Shown here: positions 44,026-60,649 of the stretch, in pieces
How positions within the stretch are numbered: position 1 is the stretch's first letter
Layout: each line of letters begins with the position of its first letter
Assembly: GCA_012295275.1 (NCBI GenBank)
Contig: CM022665.1
Coordinates: 18,848,001 to 18,912,000 of the forward strand
Direction: 5' to 3'
DNA length: 64,000 nucleotides
Source of the DNA: Chrysomallon squamiferum
Lineage: Eukaryota; Animalia; Mollusca
Made by a program: the position numbers and the translations under genes
Notes under the pieces: model-generated
The model's database searches: none
What the model saw: only the letters and a program-made list of their open reading frames with translations
Told to the model about the DNA's origin: nothing

Positions 44026-44825
44026 CGTGAAAACGATACTAGTATACTGATAACAAACAACAAAACTACTGGATTATTGCTTTATAAAGAATAAATATTT
44101 TTCTTCAAGTTATCTACATTCCACTAAAGCGGTTTATACATCATCTTGACAATAAAAAATCTTCGATTCCTTAACACAAGGAACTGTCTTCGTCATTGTC
44201 GTCAGAAACTAAACATTTTTTCTGTCACTTACATAAATCTGTCACTCCATCACAAACACTGTATCAGCTTGTGTCAGTCAGTTTATTAACACAGTTGTCA
44301 ATTCCTGGTCATGCTGTAGGTGTATATTCATAAATGAACTATATTTTATTGTCTCAGTGTTTTAGTTATCTATATTTTATTAGTTTTATATCTATGTTTT
44401 GTTCGGTACTGCGCATATAAAACTGTTTATACCTATATTTTCCTGGATGTATTTTCTAGGTTTTATTAAGTATATACGTATATATATTTTGGTTAATATA
44501 TATATATATATTTATTTATTTAGGTGTAAATCTATTATGCGAGCCAGAAGGTAATAGTTAATATATTAGTCTTAAAGAAATTCAAACTACTCGGGAAGGA
44601 GTGAAAACAGGTTCAAAGGTTTGTACATTTTGAATCTTTTCGTTCACAGATACTAAATATATCTAAATTACATTGTTATTGATTTTTATAAGTATGAAAA
44701 CGTTTAAATGGTTTGCTTGGTGGTCACATCACAATTTTGCAGTAACTCGAATGACACTCTTTAATCGTCCTATTCAAGGTATAAACTAGAGAGTCAGTTT
44801 CGTAATAATAATAATGATGATGATG

Positions 44826-44876
<51 letters not shown>

Positions 44877-46380
44877 TATTTTAGCATTGACTGTTTTTGG
44901 TGTGAAGTTGCATCTTTGTTGTATACTCATACATTTAGAGATAAAACTCGCGTTCATCATCCCACTGAATTACCATAATCAGTTAGTAGCAACTTTTCAT
45001 TATCTAAGCAATTTCCATAGAAAACAGTGGTATTAATTTGATTAATCAGAAAGAGATAATAACTTCAGAGTGAAACAGCGTAATACACGCACCTGGAAGG
45101 CTTGATCCTGCAGCCCCTGATGTCTCACGTCAGAGCTTTGTTTCTGAAATGTAATCGCTTTTTACAAATTACTCGAAAATATAAAAATAATTTGTTATTA
45201 CTGTAACATGTACACTTAAGCAAAAGAGAGAGAAAAAAGAAGAAGAAATAAAACACAAAATTTAGCATTGTTCATGAAAAGTAATATTAATGTTTTAATG
45301 ATATACTTTTATGATGTTATGTTGATAATGTTTTCCATATATATGTACATATATGTTTTACGTTTTAGTGAATTATATTTTACATTAAAAAAAGGAGGAA
45401 AGTTCTTTTCTAAAAAAAAAAAGCCTCTGGCAATACAATGTTTTAAGCTGTCACATAATAATTATTTGTTTTTGTGTTGTTGTTATTGTTTGCTGGAATT
45501 TTGTTATGTATGTAGACAGGAAAGAGAGAGAGAAAACACCACACAAAAGATTATTTGAAGTTTTGCTTTCAATCAATCAGTCTGTTTTGATAGCAAAAGA
45601 ATTCTTCAACAAACAAATACGACATGTTGCCAATAAATGTTCTTGATAAACAGATAACAAATAAACATTTTCTTTACCTCGAATTATGCTATAAAAATGA
45701 ACTGTCCATTGTTATGAGAGTAGCTGAAGGTTCAGGTAAATACGTTTCTGTACCATCTTTAACTTTCATATACTTTTATTACACTATGCGAGTGGTTTTA
45801 TAAATGGCTGTCTTTGTTGCTATAAACATGAAGGTACGTACAAACATTACGCCTTCATAATACATAATACAGATTTCGTATTTAGTTCTTTATTATTTAG
45901 TTGTTATGGCTGACCCTCCTAACCACAGCTGAAAACGTTTATTTATTTATTTATTTATTTATTATTCATACTGACGTTTGTTATCACCAGTGGTTTAGTT
46001 GTTAGTTTTGTGTATAACTTTTTGTGTATATAAATTCTTTAAAATTCAAAGATAATACATTTCGCTGCATATTTCTTTTTTGTTCGCGATCGAGCCAACT
46101 TTGATTTCGTCTTTCTTTCTTTGGCCCTACGTTGAATGAAACAAATAAAATGTAATTCGATTTGCCTTCTGAACTCCGATTCGGAAAGTTTTTCATTACT
46201 ATGAGAATTGTAGAAATCTTTATCTATAAAGATAAATGCTTATAATCTGGATTTAGTAACTTTAAAAAAAAAAAAAAAAAAAAAAAAATAATAATAATAA
46301 TAAACGTAATAATAATAAGAAAAAGAGAAAAAAAAAAAAAAAAAAAAAAATAAAACAAGATAAAAGGAAAACAAGAAATA

Positions 46381-46522
46381 AAAAAAGATAATGCCCACCG
46401 GGTGACATGGGGGTAAAAAATGATGACACTTTGGATTATCAGAAAATGATGGTGGCTGTTTGGAAATAATAACTTTTAAGTCGAAATAATTTGCTTTACA
46501 ATGAAAACATACATATCATTAA

Positions 46523-46573
<51 letters not shown>

Positions 46574-46681
46574 GAAAGAAAGAAAGAAAGAAAAAGAAAG
46601 AAAGAAAAAAAGAAAGAAAAAAGATAATGCCCACCGGGTGACATGGGGGTAAAAAAAGTGATGACACTTTGGATTATCAGA
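46381..46681. repeat. ~63-bp direct duplication (46381-46443 and 46617-46681)
   Basis: aaaaaagataatgcccaccgggtgacatgggggtaaaaaa(ag)tgatgacactttggattatcaga occurs twice, 236 bp apart. Confidence 0.9.
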
Positions 46682-48661
46682 GATGGGTTATTGGGTCACG
46701 TGAAGGAAGGTTGAATGCTTAAGTCTGTTATATCACATCCGTGGAAAAAAAAAAGTAGAAAACTGAATATTACACGTAGTGATTTTAATGACAGGTTGAG
46801 AGATGAGAATGGATTACTTATATCGACAGGCTACGAAAAGAGTTGGCTACTTTACCTTGAGGAAAATGCGTAAAGCATCGATACGATAAAACTAGTTGTA
46901 AGTATATAGTTTGTGAATGTTTTCGCTGCGGCGGATATTTTCCTTTCATTGAGGTATTTGTTCCAATATTACGTAGTATAGCAATAGTTTACTTTATATA
47001 CTTTTATTTATTTATTTATTTATTTATTTGAGTGTTTGTTTTTTTGTTTTGTTTTTTCTTAATTTGCTTATTTACGTTTGTTTTGAGTTTGATTCTTGGT
47101 TTTTTGTTTGTTTGTTTTTTGTTATTTATTTATTTATTTATTTGTCTGTATAATAATGTCAATAGTATTTTTGTTTTTTTTATTCTGTTATATTTTGTTG
47201 TTGTTTTTGTTTAGCTGACTGTGAGTGTGTATTAAGAATATTTATTACTTTCACTAATAGTTTTCGATCCACTGACTGGCGGTTTAGTACTGAATTTAAT
47301 CGAAAGTGTCGATGTGCTATTAGAAAAATGTTAATGTAGACAAATAGTAACATACCTTTTTATTCATCATCATCAGCGGCGTGATCGTCGTCTGTGTTAC
47401 AAGCATTTGTATTATATTTGTGTTGTTGTTGTTGCTGTTGTTGTGATTATTATTGTTAATATTATTATTTAATACTGTTATTGTTGTTGTTATTGTTATT
47501 ATTATTATTATTTAATCTTGTTGTTGTTATTGTTCTACTTCTTGTTTTTATTAGTATTAATTAATTAATTTCTACTGATCTGCCAGTCAAATATTCTTTG
47601 GATTTAGTACCATTATTTACGTTATTTAGTGTTTGTTATTTTTATTTTACTTCTCATATCAGAAGGTTAAATGTCAACGCACATACGTCCTCGTGAGGCT
47701 GAAATTTTATTGTCTTGCTTTACTATTAGCAAACATTTATTGTCGATAAGAAATAAATTAGATATATGCTAAATGTATTTAAATTTATTGAATGTACCAT
47801 TAAAAGTAGTTCATTTCGTATACAACGTTTGAATTTGGCCTTACACATTTTCATTCTTCGACCGGTTACAAAGCATTTTCGAAATTGAGTTCTAGAATTT
47901 TCTTAATAACCACCACCTGAGCTGATAAAGGGAGCTGCCTCGTGTCACAGTAAAAACATGCATCTACTAAATCTTGGAGAAGCTGACATGAATTAAAGTG
48001 TACACAATCCATTGGAAAAAACAACTGTCAAAACTACTGTGTTTGACGTTTCATAAAACCATTAACGCTCCTGAAAATACAGGATTACTGTACGATCAGA
48101 CAAGATGATGAGATTTTCTAAGATGTGCTTGACTTCTGCTTTGACTTTGAACTAAGAAAATGACCTGTGGGCCACGACGTAGGTGTAGCACTCATCCATC
48201 ACCGTGCACACTCAACGAAGAAAAAGGAGAAAAAAAAAAAAAAAAAAAAAAAAAAAGAAAGAAAAAAGCCAAACAAATAAAACAACCAGGATCTGTCACA
48301 GCAAACACTTTCCACTTTACAGCAGATATGAGTCAAGGACATTTGTCTGAAAGTGGTCGAAACATTAAACATGATGAGATACGTCTTTAGGACGTCGATG
48401 TTTGAGGGATCGAACGACTAATGAAGTATTCGTGATTTAAAAGAAAATCACCGAAACCCAAACTGAAACGAGCGACATATTAATAGCTAGGTCTGAGCTA
48501 ATAACAGTGAAAAACAAATGTATGAAGGAAATTTGGTATCAGAATTTTATTTCAAGTTATAAAGATTATGTATGGGTTGTCGAGCTAGATTAATAAGTTC
48601 ATTTAAGTTAATGATAAATTAAATTAATCTAAATCGTTTCCTTTCTACTGTTCACTCCTGG

Positions 48662-48776
<115 letters not shown>

Positions 48777-49561
48777 GTATATGTCTTCTGTCTCTCTTTC
48801 TGTCTCTGTCTCTCTCTCATATTTATATATATATATATATTTTTTTATTTAAAAAAAAATAATTCGAGGGGTGGGGGTGGGAGAAATTGAGCCCTTAATT
48901 TTATTTTAGCGAAACAGAAGAAACGGATGAGCCACACACTCCAATTTAAAATGTTCAATTATTTTTGTACTTGCTGTCTCGAGGGCAACCGCTATTCCTG
49001 AATTGCAAAATGTACCACAGTAATGTCCAGATTGATAGCTGTTAATTAATAAAGATGAATGAGAGCCCAGAAGGGATTTAACTTTCACTAACAAGACTGC
49101 TACTTGTTAATTAATCTATTAACTGGAGGATTTATGAACATGGGCCAAGTAAACATTAGGTGTGCTTAATGTTGACTCGAGGCCAGTTTTATCTCATTCA
49201 TTTTATTAAATGTTCAATGACATATGATAAGTATTAACACCGGGTAGTGAAACCAATCAATCGTGATATCAGTATTGACGAAGAAAACTGTGATGTTGTG
49301 TGAAAAGATTGTAATGAAGCGTGTTTTGTTTTTAATAAAGTAGAAACATATGACAAACAGAAAAGTCAAAGTAAACTTACTTCTCTTAAAATATTTCTTC
49401 TTTACTAATACTGAAATTATTGTTTTGTGTATTACGTATACGTATGTATGTGTGTATATATGTATGTGTGTGTGAACACACACACAGACACACAGATAGA
49501 TAATATAACTTTGTTGAATTTTCTTACTTTCTTGACTGTATTTACTGATTTATTTCAGAAA

Positions 49562-51777
<2,216 letters not shown>

Positions 51778-53341
51778 CATAATTCTCAAATAACGACGAA
51801 CAGAATATTTTCCGAAAAGAATCATTTGTATTTCTAATTTGTGATAGGCTGTTATGTGTTTATGCATTTTTCAAAGCAATTAAGTGTAACAAAATAATAC
51901 AACATAATACAACATAACGTAAAAAAGCATAACATAACATAATATATAATGTAGTGTAATGTGATGTGAAATGTTAAAAAATGTAATAAATATTAACTGC
52001 AATATAATGTAACATAACATAATATTTAATGTGATGTTACGTTATGATGATGTCATATATGTTATATGATATAATAATAAATGTAAATATAACATAAATT
52101 AATGTAATATATTATATATAAATACTTTCATACGTGAAAGTTCGTGATGGGCAATGGGTACAACGCGTTCAGTTTGTTAATAGGTAAAAGATTATATACC
52201 ATGTTGAGATATTTTCAACATTATTTACAAAATCCACGACCCTAGGTAAATAAAAAATAAAAAAGGAATAGAGATTTCATTGAACTGTATCTTTATTTAA
52301 AACCATATCCGCATGTCCAGTAATATGATAACAGAAATTTGCTGTATGATCCTGCTACACCAAAACCATGTAACAGATATAAACGGTGGATTATTTAATG
52401 ATATTAATTGTGCTATTGATTTTCTTCATTAATATCACATGTAAGTGAGTACTATGTAATAAGTAAATCAAAGTGGGCGCTGATATTAACAGCAGCAGCA
52501 ACAACAGTAATAATATTAATGACGACGACGATAATGACGATGATGATGATAACTGTGCCTCGTGTCTTTCTAGGAAATCTTAACTTAAAGAGTTTAAACT
52601 ACTCTTTAAATAAAGAAAAGGAAAGTTTTCATTGGTACATAGATGAAAATGTTATGTTTAAATATATTTAAGAGTGTCGTCGTGATAATTACAAAATCTG
52701 TGTTAACATCTGCATGCAAAGCTCTAAACACCAGGCTGGAGAGAATCAACACTTCACAAATATACGGTATTTTTTTCATATGATGTACACGACACGCAGC
52801 TTTTGCTTTCAGCCATACACAATCTATCCAAAACTGCTTTTAATATTTCTGTTTTCGAACATTGTTTAAAACAATTCAGTGCTAGTGTTCTGATTTGTTA
52901 ATATGAAAACATTTTCATAATCGTGGTTTAATAAGACATTTTTCTCAGTCTAGCATTTCCTTAATGATCACAGTCTGAGAAGGAGAAATTACCTTCCAAA
53001 CGCACGACTCCCAGATATACACTTCTTTGCAAATGTACATCAATAAATACCTTTCTGTTGGAAAGTGGTTTACAGAAATCAAATAAAAAGGCGTCTGAAA
53101 TAAATGAAAATTGCACAGACTGTCTGTTTGTCCTGGTTTATGACAGAAAAGTTATGTGATTTAAAAATATCTTGTTGCAGGTAACGTATTTCTTTTTTAA
53201 TTTTATATATTACAAAAATCAAATTAACAGCTTTTAACCATGAAGGTACAAATTTTGCTGTTTTAATATTATTAAATAATTTTATATTTGGGTTTTAATT
53301 TAATTATTATACTTTTATAGACTCTTTGCTAAATTAATAAC

Positions 53342-53380
<39 letters not shown>

Positions 53381-56300
53381 TATAATAATAATAATATATG
53401 ATTATTATTAATATTATTATTTTTATTATTTGAATATTTTAATTTGATAAGATAAACTCTCAACCTATTTGTTGAAAATTAGTTGTTTTAATTCATATTT
53501 ATTTATTAATATTTATTATTATTTATATATTTATTTATATATTATTATTATTTCGCAACATTTTTGTATAAAAGGGGTATTCAAATAAAAACTGATTAAT
53601 AGTTTATATTTATATTTATTGGATTATATCATTTTTATTCAATTTTATTTGCTTATATTATTTTAAGTTAAATTATATTAAAATTTAATATATTTATTTT
53701 GTTGAATATTATTGTGATAATTAAAAAAAGGCTGCACCACTTCAATGTTGTTATTTTCTTCGATTTTGTTAAATTTGTTTGTTTTTTTTGTTTGTTTTTT
53801 TCATTTAAAAAATTATTTACTCATTCTGTTTAATTATCTCTTAATTTTCTTCTGGTTTTAATAATTAAATTTTTCAAACCAATACATATCAGTGAAAAAC
53901 ACTAATATAATATTCATCTGATTCACAGAGAGACAAAGGTGTGTTTCACCTACGTGCTAACACTCACTCACTCACTCGGCTTTCCTTACACAAAACGACA
54001 CGTATGTCATTAAAGTAAGGCCACACAGTAAACGTAGATCCTGTTTGCAATGATTCAGTTGGTGAATGATTTACATACTTACTCATTTTTAAAAGACAGA
54101 TACAAATAACTGTAACCTTTCACAACTGAACGCCATTAAATAATCATTTAACAATGAACAAACGTAAAACAACGTTTTTGCCCGTTCCAGTACAGTCTCG
54201 CATTTGGTTTATAGAAATCTGTGGCCTTTGCCTTTCTGTCTTTTGCGACGTGCATATCACTGAAGACAGCAGAATTTGTTTTACTTGTTGTTTATATTTC
54301 ACGTGTCACATTCATACTGTATGTGTGACATTGTACGGCACCGCCATAATTAAGTTCAAATCTGAATGCACCAAATCTGGCATTCTCCTGAGTCTGTCCG
54401 GTCTACACTACATTTATATTTGAGAAATGTAGTCTACCTTTGTGAAGCAGTACTGTCATATAGTTAAATGTGAACTGAATAATGCAAATATGAACCAACA
54501 AAACATCATGTAAAGAGATTATCCAGCGTGAAAGAAACGAAATATAAAAATAATATTTATTGATTTAACATACATTATCCAGTATAAAAGAAAGACAGAT
54601 ATTATAAAATTTACACCAAAATGCCATATGTTGTATAATCCAATATTTAATATGGCATAGCAACCGATACACAATCAAGTATGACATTTCTTCTTTTATG
54701 CTATAACTGATAGTTGTTCAGAAGATGAGTTTTGGAGAGAACCAAACAGTGAAATACTAAAGTAAATTTTTAAGTGACTCAATCAGTATTAAACATAAAT
54801 GTAACAAACAGACATGTCAGTGATAGGAATCAATGGCTGATCATCTAATGATATTTTTGTGGACAATATAATTCTCGATTATTCAATTTTCAGCTGGAAT
54901 TTTAACTTTTCTCAAGTGATTATACTCTTTTACTCTGCATTATTTATGTCATTTTGCAGGTTTAAAGAGATGAAATAAATATTCCTGTCTCCTTTTTTCT
55001 CCTTTTTTCAAATTTTTATTTCTGTCATACGTTTCCCTTTTTTATTTTGATGATTTGGCATTTTATTATTATTTATTTTATTTTATTTTATTTTATTTTA
55101 TTTTATTTTATTATTATTATTATTTGTTTTTTACAATTTATGATCATCTTCATCATCATTATATTTTTGTTTTATTTTATTTTATTTATTAATATGAGTT
55201 TAAAAAAAATATATGTTCTGATAAATATTTCAATTTCATGTTGTTGTTTGTCTTTTAAAAGAAATGTAACAGAGATCATTTTCATGTTTTATCACTTAAC
55301 TGTACGTTGTAAATTAACGTTACTAGTCTGTATTACTTTATTATGTCCTGTTTCTGGTTTTGGATGTAATATATTCATTGTTTACTTCATTAAAGCGGAA
55401 ACTGTGTTGTTAAACCTTCGTCTGAAGCGTGTTGGACTCGTTAAAAACTGCTTTATGGGCCTATTACGACACTTTCCATGTTAGTCAGTGCACTGTTTGT
55501 TTTATTAAGGTCCGTATAACAGGTTCCTTGTTCTTAATCGAACGAAAAAAACAACAGATAGCTTGAAAGCAAGGCTTCAGAATGCCCTGACACCAAATTG
55601 TTCTATGTTTTACATAATATATATGTGTTTATGTTTGTGTCTATGAATGCATGGGTGTATGTACGTTTGTGAGTATGCATGCATTATATATATATATATA
55701 TATATATAAACACATACATATAGATGCATGTTTGTATGTGTGCATGTATGTATGTATGTTTGTATGCATGTAAGTATGGATGTATGTATGACATGTTGAT
55801 TAAGAGTCATTTCTGTATAGCAAGATGTTTGTTAAATCTGCATTTTGGCAACTGTTCACAATAAAATGCATGTACGTTGATATTTCACTTACGTATCTAC
55901 GCTTAGAAGAAGGATAGTCTTGGCTGGAGGATAACCCGGTCTTGTTTTAACAGTGCAGTGTCGCCACATGTCAGCAGTTTGAAATAAAACAGAAACTACA
56001 AGTTTAACTTTAAACATTTCAACAATTTCTTCAGACCTGTTCATCAAATGTGCGACAGTGTTGGTTGACCTCCTTGGACCATGTAGATTTAACTATGACT
56101 TTATTTTTACACATGAACTATGGGTATATAAAAAATAACCTACACAGTATGACGCAGGCTCTTACGAAACAGTCGCGGATTTAATGGATATTTTGTTTAC
56201 TTGTCATGTAGATCAAGAACAACAATCGTTTTTAAGACAAACTGTCAAGATTGTTGTAATATACTAGGTTCTTCAAGGCGGAACACTTCTTCATTTGTGT

Positions 56301-56386
56301 CAGCCTATTTAGAAAAATCATTTGTCTGACGTCTTCTACTGCGATAAAATTCCTTAGTCACATCCGTATCAGCATCCTAAACGCGG

Positions 56387-56438
56387 TATAAGTAAGAGAT
56401 AAACAAACTGAGGCTCAGACAAATCCGGACTGTCAAGG
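56387..56438 (+). promoter_or_regulatory. Putative TATA-like box and short non-coding first exon of Kunitz gene C
   Basis: TATAAGTA at 56387, Inr-like TCAGAC near 56415, donor AGG|GTGAGT at 56438. The ATG exon has an acceptor ending at 56857. The layout parallels gene A. Confidence 0.5.
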
Positions 56439-56735
56439 GTGAGTTGAATCTGCCGTTTTCTTATTGCAGTGAACGAAACTTTATTATTTTATATAACTAT
56501 ATCAGAAATTGTTGTAGTAGTAGTTGTAATGGTTGTTGTTATGTTAGTAGTATTATTATTGTAGTAATAGTAGGTGTTGTAGTGGTTTTGGAAGCGGTAT
56601 TGATAATAATATCTTTTTATCAGCAGCAGAAGTAAGAAATTTGTAGAAACAAATTAGATGTTGCAGTAGTATTACCGTTCCTATAGTAGCAGTAGTACTA
56701 ACGGCTATAGTAACATCAGTAATAATTGTTGTTCG

Positions 56736-56767
<32 letters not shown>

Positions 56768-56879
56768 CATATATATCAACAAAGGTATTTTAAATGTATT
56801 TTTAATCACGGTTTTCTTTAAATATTACAAAGATTTAAATCTGTGTTAATGTTGCAGGTACAACGATAAAGAGAAAGTC

Positions 56880-59327
56880 ATGAAGACATTCCTGTTTCTT
56901 TTTTGTTTCGTCCTGTTAGCCATCTGCATCTATGGCATACGTAAGTAAATACATAAATAAAATTTGTAGGAAAAACTAAAATATTCAAAAATTCATATCA
57001 AAGTCATATTAACCAAAACTGTTGTAAATTTAAAAATATATAAATATATATATTCCTGTTAATCTGTATGTGACTTTTTCAGCTCCTAGCGGTAAAGGCA
57101 TACGTAGACCAGGTAAAATAGAAGGTCCGGGTAGTACATTTGTGCCACCATGTCGTTTGTATTGTCCTAATGGTTACGATTATTCCAAACCTTGCGCATG
57201 TATTCCTGATCCATTGCCTCAAATACATCCATGCGCGGTTAGTTTTTCTTGCTGTTGTTATTTGATTCGAATTTTGTTACTGTTACACACACACACACAC
57301 ACACACAGATAAACACACAAACGCATGATACAGAGAGAGAGAGAGAGAGAGAGATGCATAAATTATATTTTATTCTTTGACCAAGTATTACCGTATAATA
57401 GATCTCGTAAACGCTTTAAATAACAGTTATATAATAATTACTTGTAATGTGTCGTACATTTTAAACAGCGCATTTTTTTTTTAATCAGATCTCCGAAACG
57501 TGCTTTCTAGTCTAAATAAAACCCACTGAAATTTATAGGTACTAGAATCTTTCGATAAATTACTTTCCGTGGATTTTGTGACATATTTGACAAATTTCTG
57601 CCTTTATGTTTCAGACTATGCTTTGTCCACCTGAAATGAAATGTGTTGTAAGAGGAAACCGCGCAGAATGTGTACCCAGCGGTATCATTGGACCAAGACC
57701 AGGTTTACCAAAAGGTCAGCTATGTTTTTAAAAAAAAAAAAAAAAAAGTAGCCAATACTGTCTAGTTCGTTGTCTTGCAAAGCAAGATAACCTTAAAAAA
57801 GTGTATCTTATGAATATATTTTTATAATATGGATTACGAAAATACTTTGGCCGATAACGTATGTGACAGTGTGAGTGAGTGTCTCTGTGTGTGTGTGTCT
57901 GTGTGTGTCTGTGTCTCTGTGTGTGTGTGATTATATATACACGTATTTGTATATACATATCACGGGGCGTCTAACGCAATTGCATGCGACCCGTAATTAA
58001 TACATCGTCACGTAACCAAATTAGAACCTCATTCATCCATCAAACAGCCCTACCTATACATACAGACTTCCCGGTATCGGGTACATAGATATTCAAAATA
58101 TTCAGGGAACAAGCTCAAATCTGTATCTATATTCAGCCAGCGCTAAATACACTAGAAACACAACAACACAAGTTTAGATTTGAAGAATATATGTATTATG
58201 TGATGTAATGAAACTTATTTACCGAGTAAGCTTACGATGCTTACACGACCGTTTACAAACAGTCTCCCGCCACCTTTCATAGCTCACCAGATAAGTAAAC
58301 AATTAGTGATATTATATTAGTTTATCCCTCAGGGAAAAATGACACACCTCAATATGTATTTGAATATGCAAAGTATTCTCAATATATGAGATCAAAATAA
58401 CGTGCTGCTTAGCAGGATGTTGACGTGACAATCCGTTAGTAATAACACAATTGTGTTATTGGTGCTTACAATTACTGATGGTCAGTGTTTAACTCAGATT
58501 CCCAGCTATTCTCACCCACTGTTTTTAGAGATAATAACCTGCAGTTTACTTTCAACGGTCTGATCTCAGATTACCAACTATCCTCCAAACATATGATTAT
58601 AATACTTCAATACATACATACATATAAATATAGTTAAATATATATTTCTAAGAAAGCCACAACAACTATCTTTCAGTTACTTAAACAGAACCGTAAACAT
58701 GTATAGTTACCTAAATCAGCTGGAACAATACAACTGTCCAGCTGACAGTTAGCCAAACAAAACTTCACCAAGGCTTATATAATTCTAAAGGAAATCATGG
58801 GGCTTCTAGCATCTATTACATATCAAAGAAGAGACTGTTATCTCCGTCACAATGTATATATATCAGTAGTTTGGCGTATAACATATTTGTATATATCTAT
58901 ATCTATACATATATTTGTATACATATGTGTGTGTGTGTGTGTTTGTGTGTGTATATGTGTGTGTGTGTCTGTGTTTGTTACTACCAGTTTACTCCCTTGT
59001 ATTAAACTGGTTAAAAAATAAACTATGGCTGAACTATAGCTATAAGAGTTTAACGATTACCAATATGTGAGTACAAACAGAATAAGGTTTCAGTCAATGT
59101 TCGGGGACTGCTGTGTGAACGATTATTCTCTGTGTGACATTTCAGTCTGTCGACTGCGCAAAGTAACCGGACCCTGTCGTGCTATGCACAGACGTTTTTT
59201 TTACAACAAGAAGTCTGGCCAGTGTCAGCAGTTTATATATGGCGGATGTAGAGGGAACGGCAACAACTTCCTCACGATGGCAGAATGTCAGCAACGTTGT
59301 GGCGGATTCAGACGTAACTTCGGTTAA
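56880..59327 (+). CDS. Secreted Kunitz/BPTI protein C, isoform 1, 165 aa (exons 56880-56940, 57083-57237, 57615-57714, 59146-59327)
   Basis: [165 protein letters not shown]. Phases 1,0,1; AATAAA at 59403. Confidence 0.9.
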
Positions 59328-59998
59328 CGTTACAGCGACTGAGTCTTCTTAAATACAGTGGTCAACATAATATAAATAATAATATGTCTCCTTTTATTTT
59401 AAAATAAATAACTGCTTTTCCCTGAAACATGTGTGCAGTTTGATGTTGAATAATATATCTTGTTATGGCTAATTATTTACAAGATATACTACACTTTCAG
59501 ACCTACCCAGACAGAAGTAAAAATTATTCATTAATTTAAAATACGATATTATATGGAATGATAGTTACAATGGCCTCTAACTCTAAGATTATTTTTGAGT
59601 TTAATACAGAAAGTGCTAACAATCCCAGGTCCAAGGATTACATACTAAACAAATTTTAATAATAAAAAGGGGTTGACATGTCCATAAGGCCAGGAGTTCA
59701 AGCCATGATGACCCTATTTTAAATACCTGTCTTCGCACGTCTGTCTAGTACGATAGTACTATTTGTCAGTCAGTTTATAAAATATACCTTGAAAAAAAAA
59801 ATATATAGTAAATAAACGTGAACAATTACAAGTAATATATTTTAATTCCTCTTTTTTTTATCTCTTTTCGACCGTTCGACTGTTTGCTCTTTCTTTCTAT
59901 CATTTATTTATTTATATCTCAACTTATTTATCTACTTATTTTTTTTTAATCCATTTAGTTAGTTCATTCTTACTTTTGCCTGTCGACATAATAATACA

Positions 59999-60649
59999 CA
60001 GTGGTACCTTCATTTACGAGTTTAATTCGTTCCGTGATCGAGCTCATAACTCAGTTTGTTCGTATATCAAATCAATTTTCCCAAATGATATTAATTGAAA
60101 TACCATTAATCCGTTCCAGCCCCCCAAAACCACACCATTTTTTCTGACCCGTTTTTAAATTAAAAGAATGTATTTTTAAATGACAGCTATTGCATAAAAA
60201 CAAAATAAAAGAGAATCTAAAGAAATAATTGGTTTATTGAAGTGTATTTATCTTGGAGATCAGACAAATTAATTTGGGTGGAGTTACAGCCTTTATCGAC
60301 TCCTTCTGCTTCAGTATGGTACATATCGTAAAGTACTACGCTCCTACTGAGTAGCAAGTCGACTACATGCACACCTCGCTCATGTTTTTCTATGAATTTA
60401 AGCTTTAATTCAATGCACATGATCCGCTTCGTCTCAGGACTGTCCTTTGCACTCACTTTCTTAGGATCCATGGACATTTGGCAAAATACTGTACAAAACG
60501 CGAACACAACACAACAGAAATACTGACGTATCTGAACCTCACTTGTAACTCGTACTTTGGCTCGCAACTCAAAGAAAAAATCGACCATACGCCTGCTCGT
60601 AACTCGGAAAACTCGTAAATTGGGGCACTCGTAAGTGAGGGTACTACTG
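59999..60649 (-). mobile_element. Tigger/pogo (Tc1-mariner) DNA transposon, 651-bp internal-deletion derivative
   Basis: TIRs cagtggtaccttcatttacgag (59999) and the reverse complement cagtagtaccctcacttacgag (ending 60649). TA follows the right end; the left flank reads CA. It carries the transposase N-terminus. Confidence 0.85.
60280..60477 (-). pseudogene. Tigger transposase N-terminal (CENP-B-type HTH) remnant
   Basis: MSMDPKKVSAKDSPETKRIMCIELKLKFIEKHERGVHVVDL, then after a stop and frameshift ...TICTILKQKESIKAVTP. Typical of Tigger/TIGD N-termini. Confidence 0.8.

Noticed and set aside
44524-45835. Possible 5' UTR exons of gene B (27-nt AG..GT segment near 44524-44550; TATAAAA near 45690 with a donor near 45735)
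   Set aside because: Several equally weak candidates that cannot be resolved without transcript data.
54154-54423. 89-aa Cys-rich ORF between Kunitz genes B and C
   Set aside because: No signal peptide, the Cys spacing matches none of the cluster modules, and TG-rich DNA readily yields Cys codons.
53100-54985. Donor at 53180 and acceptor near 54959 followed by AATAAA, as a possible small transcript
   Set aside because: No ORF or homology, and such signals are expected by chance.
59067-59145. Upstream part of the 59067-59327 ORF as a stand-alone single-exon Kunitz gene
   Set aside because: It has a non-ATG start and no signal peptide. The acceptor ending at 59145 matches the exon boundary of the paralogues.
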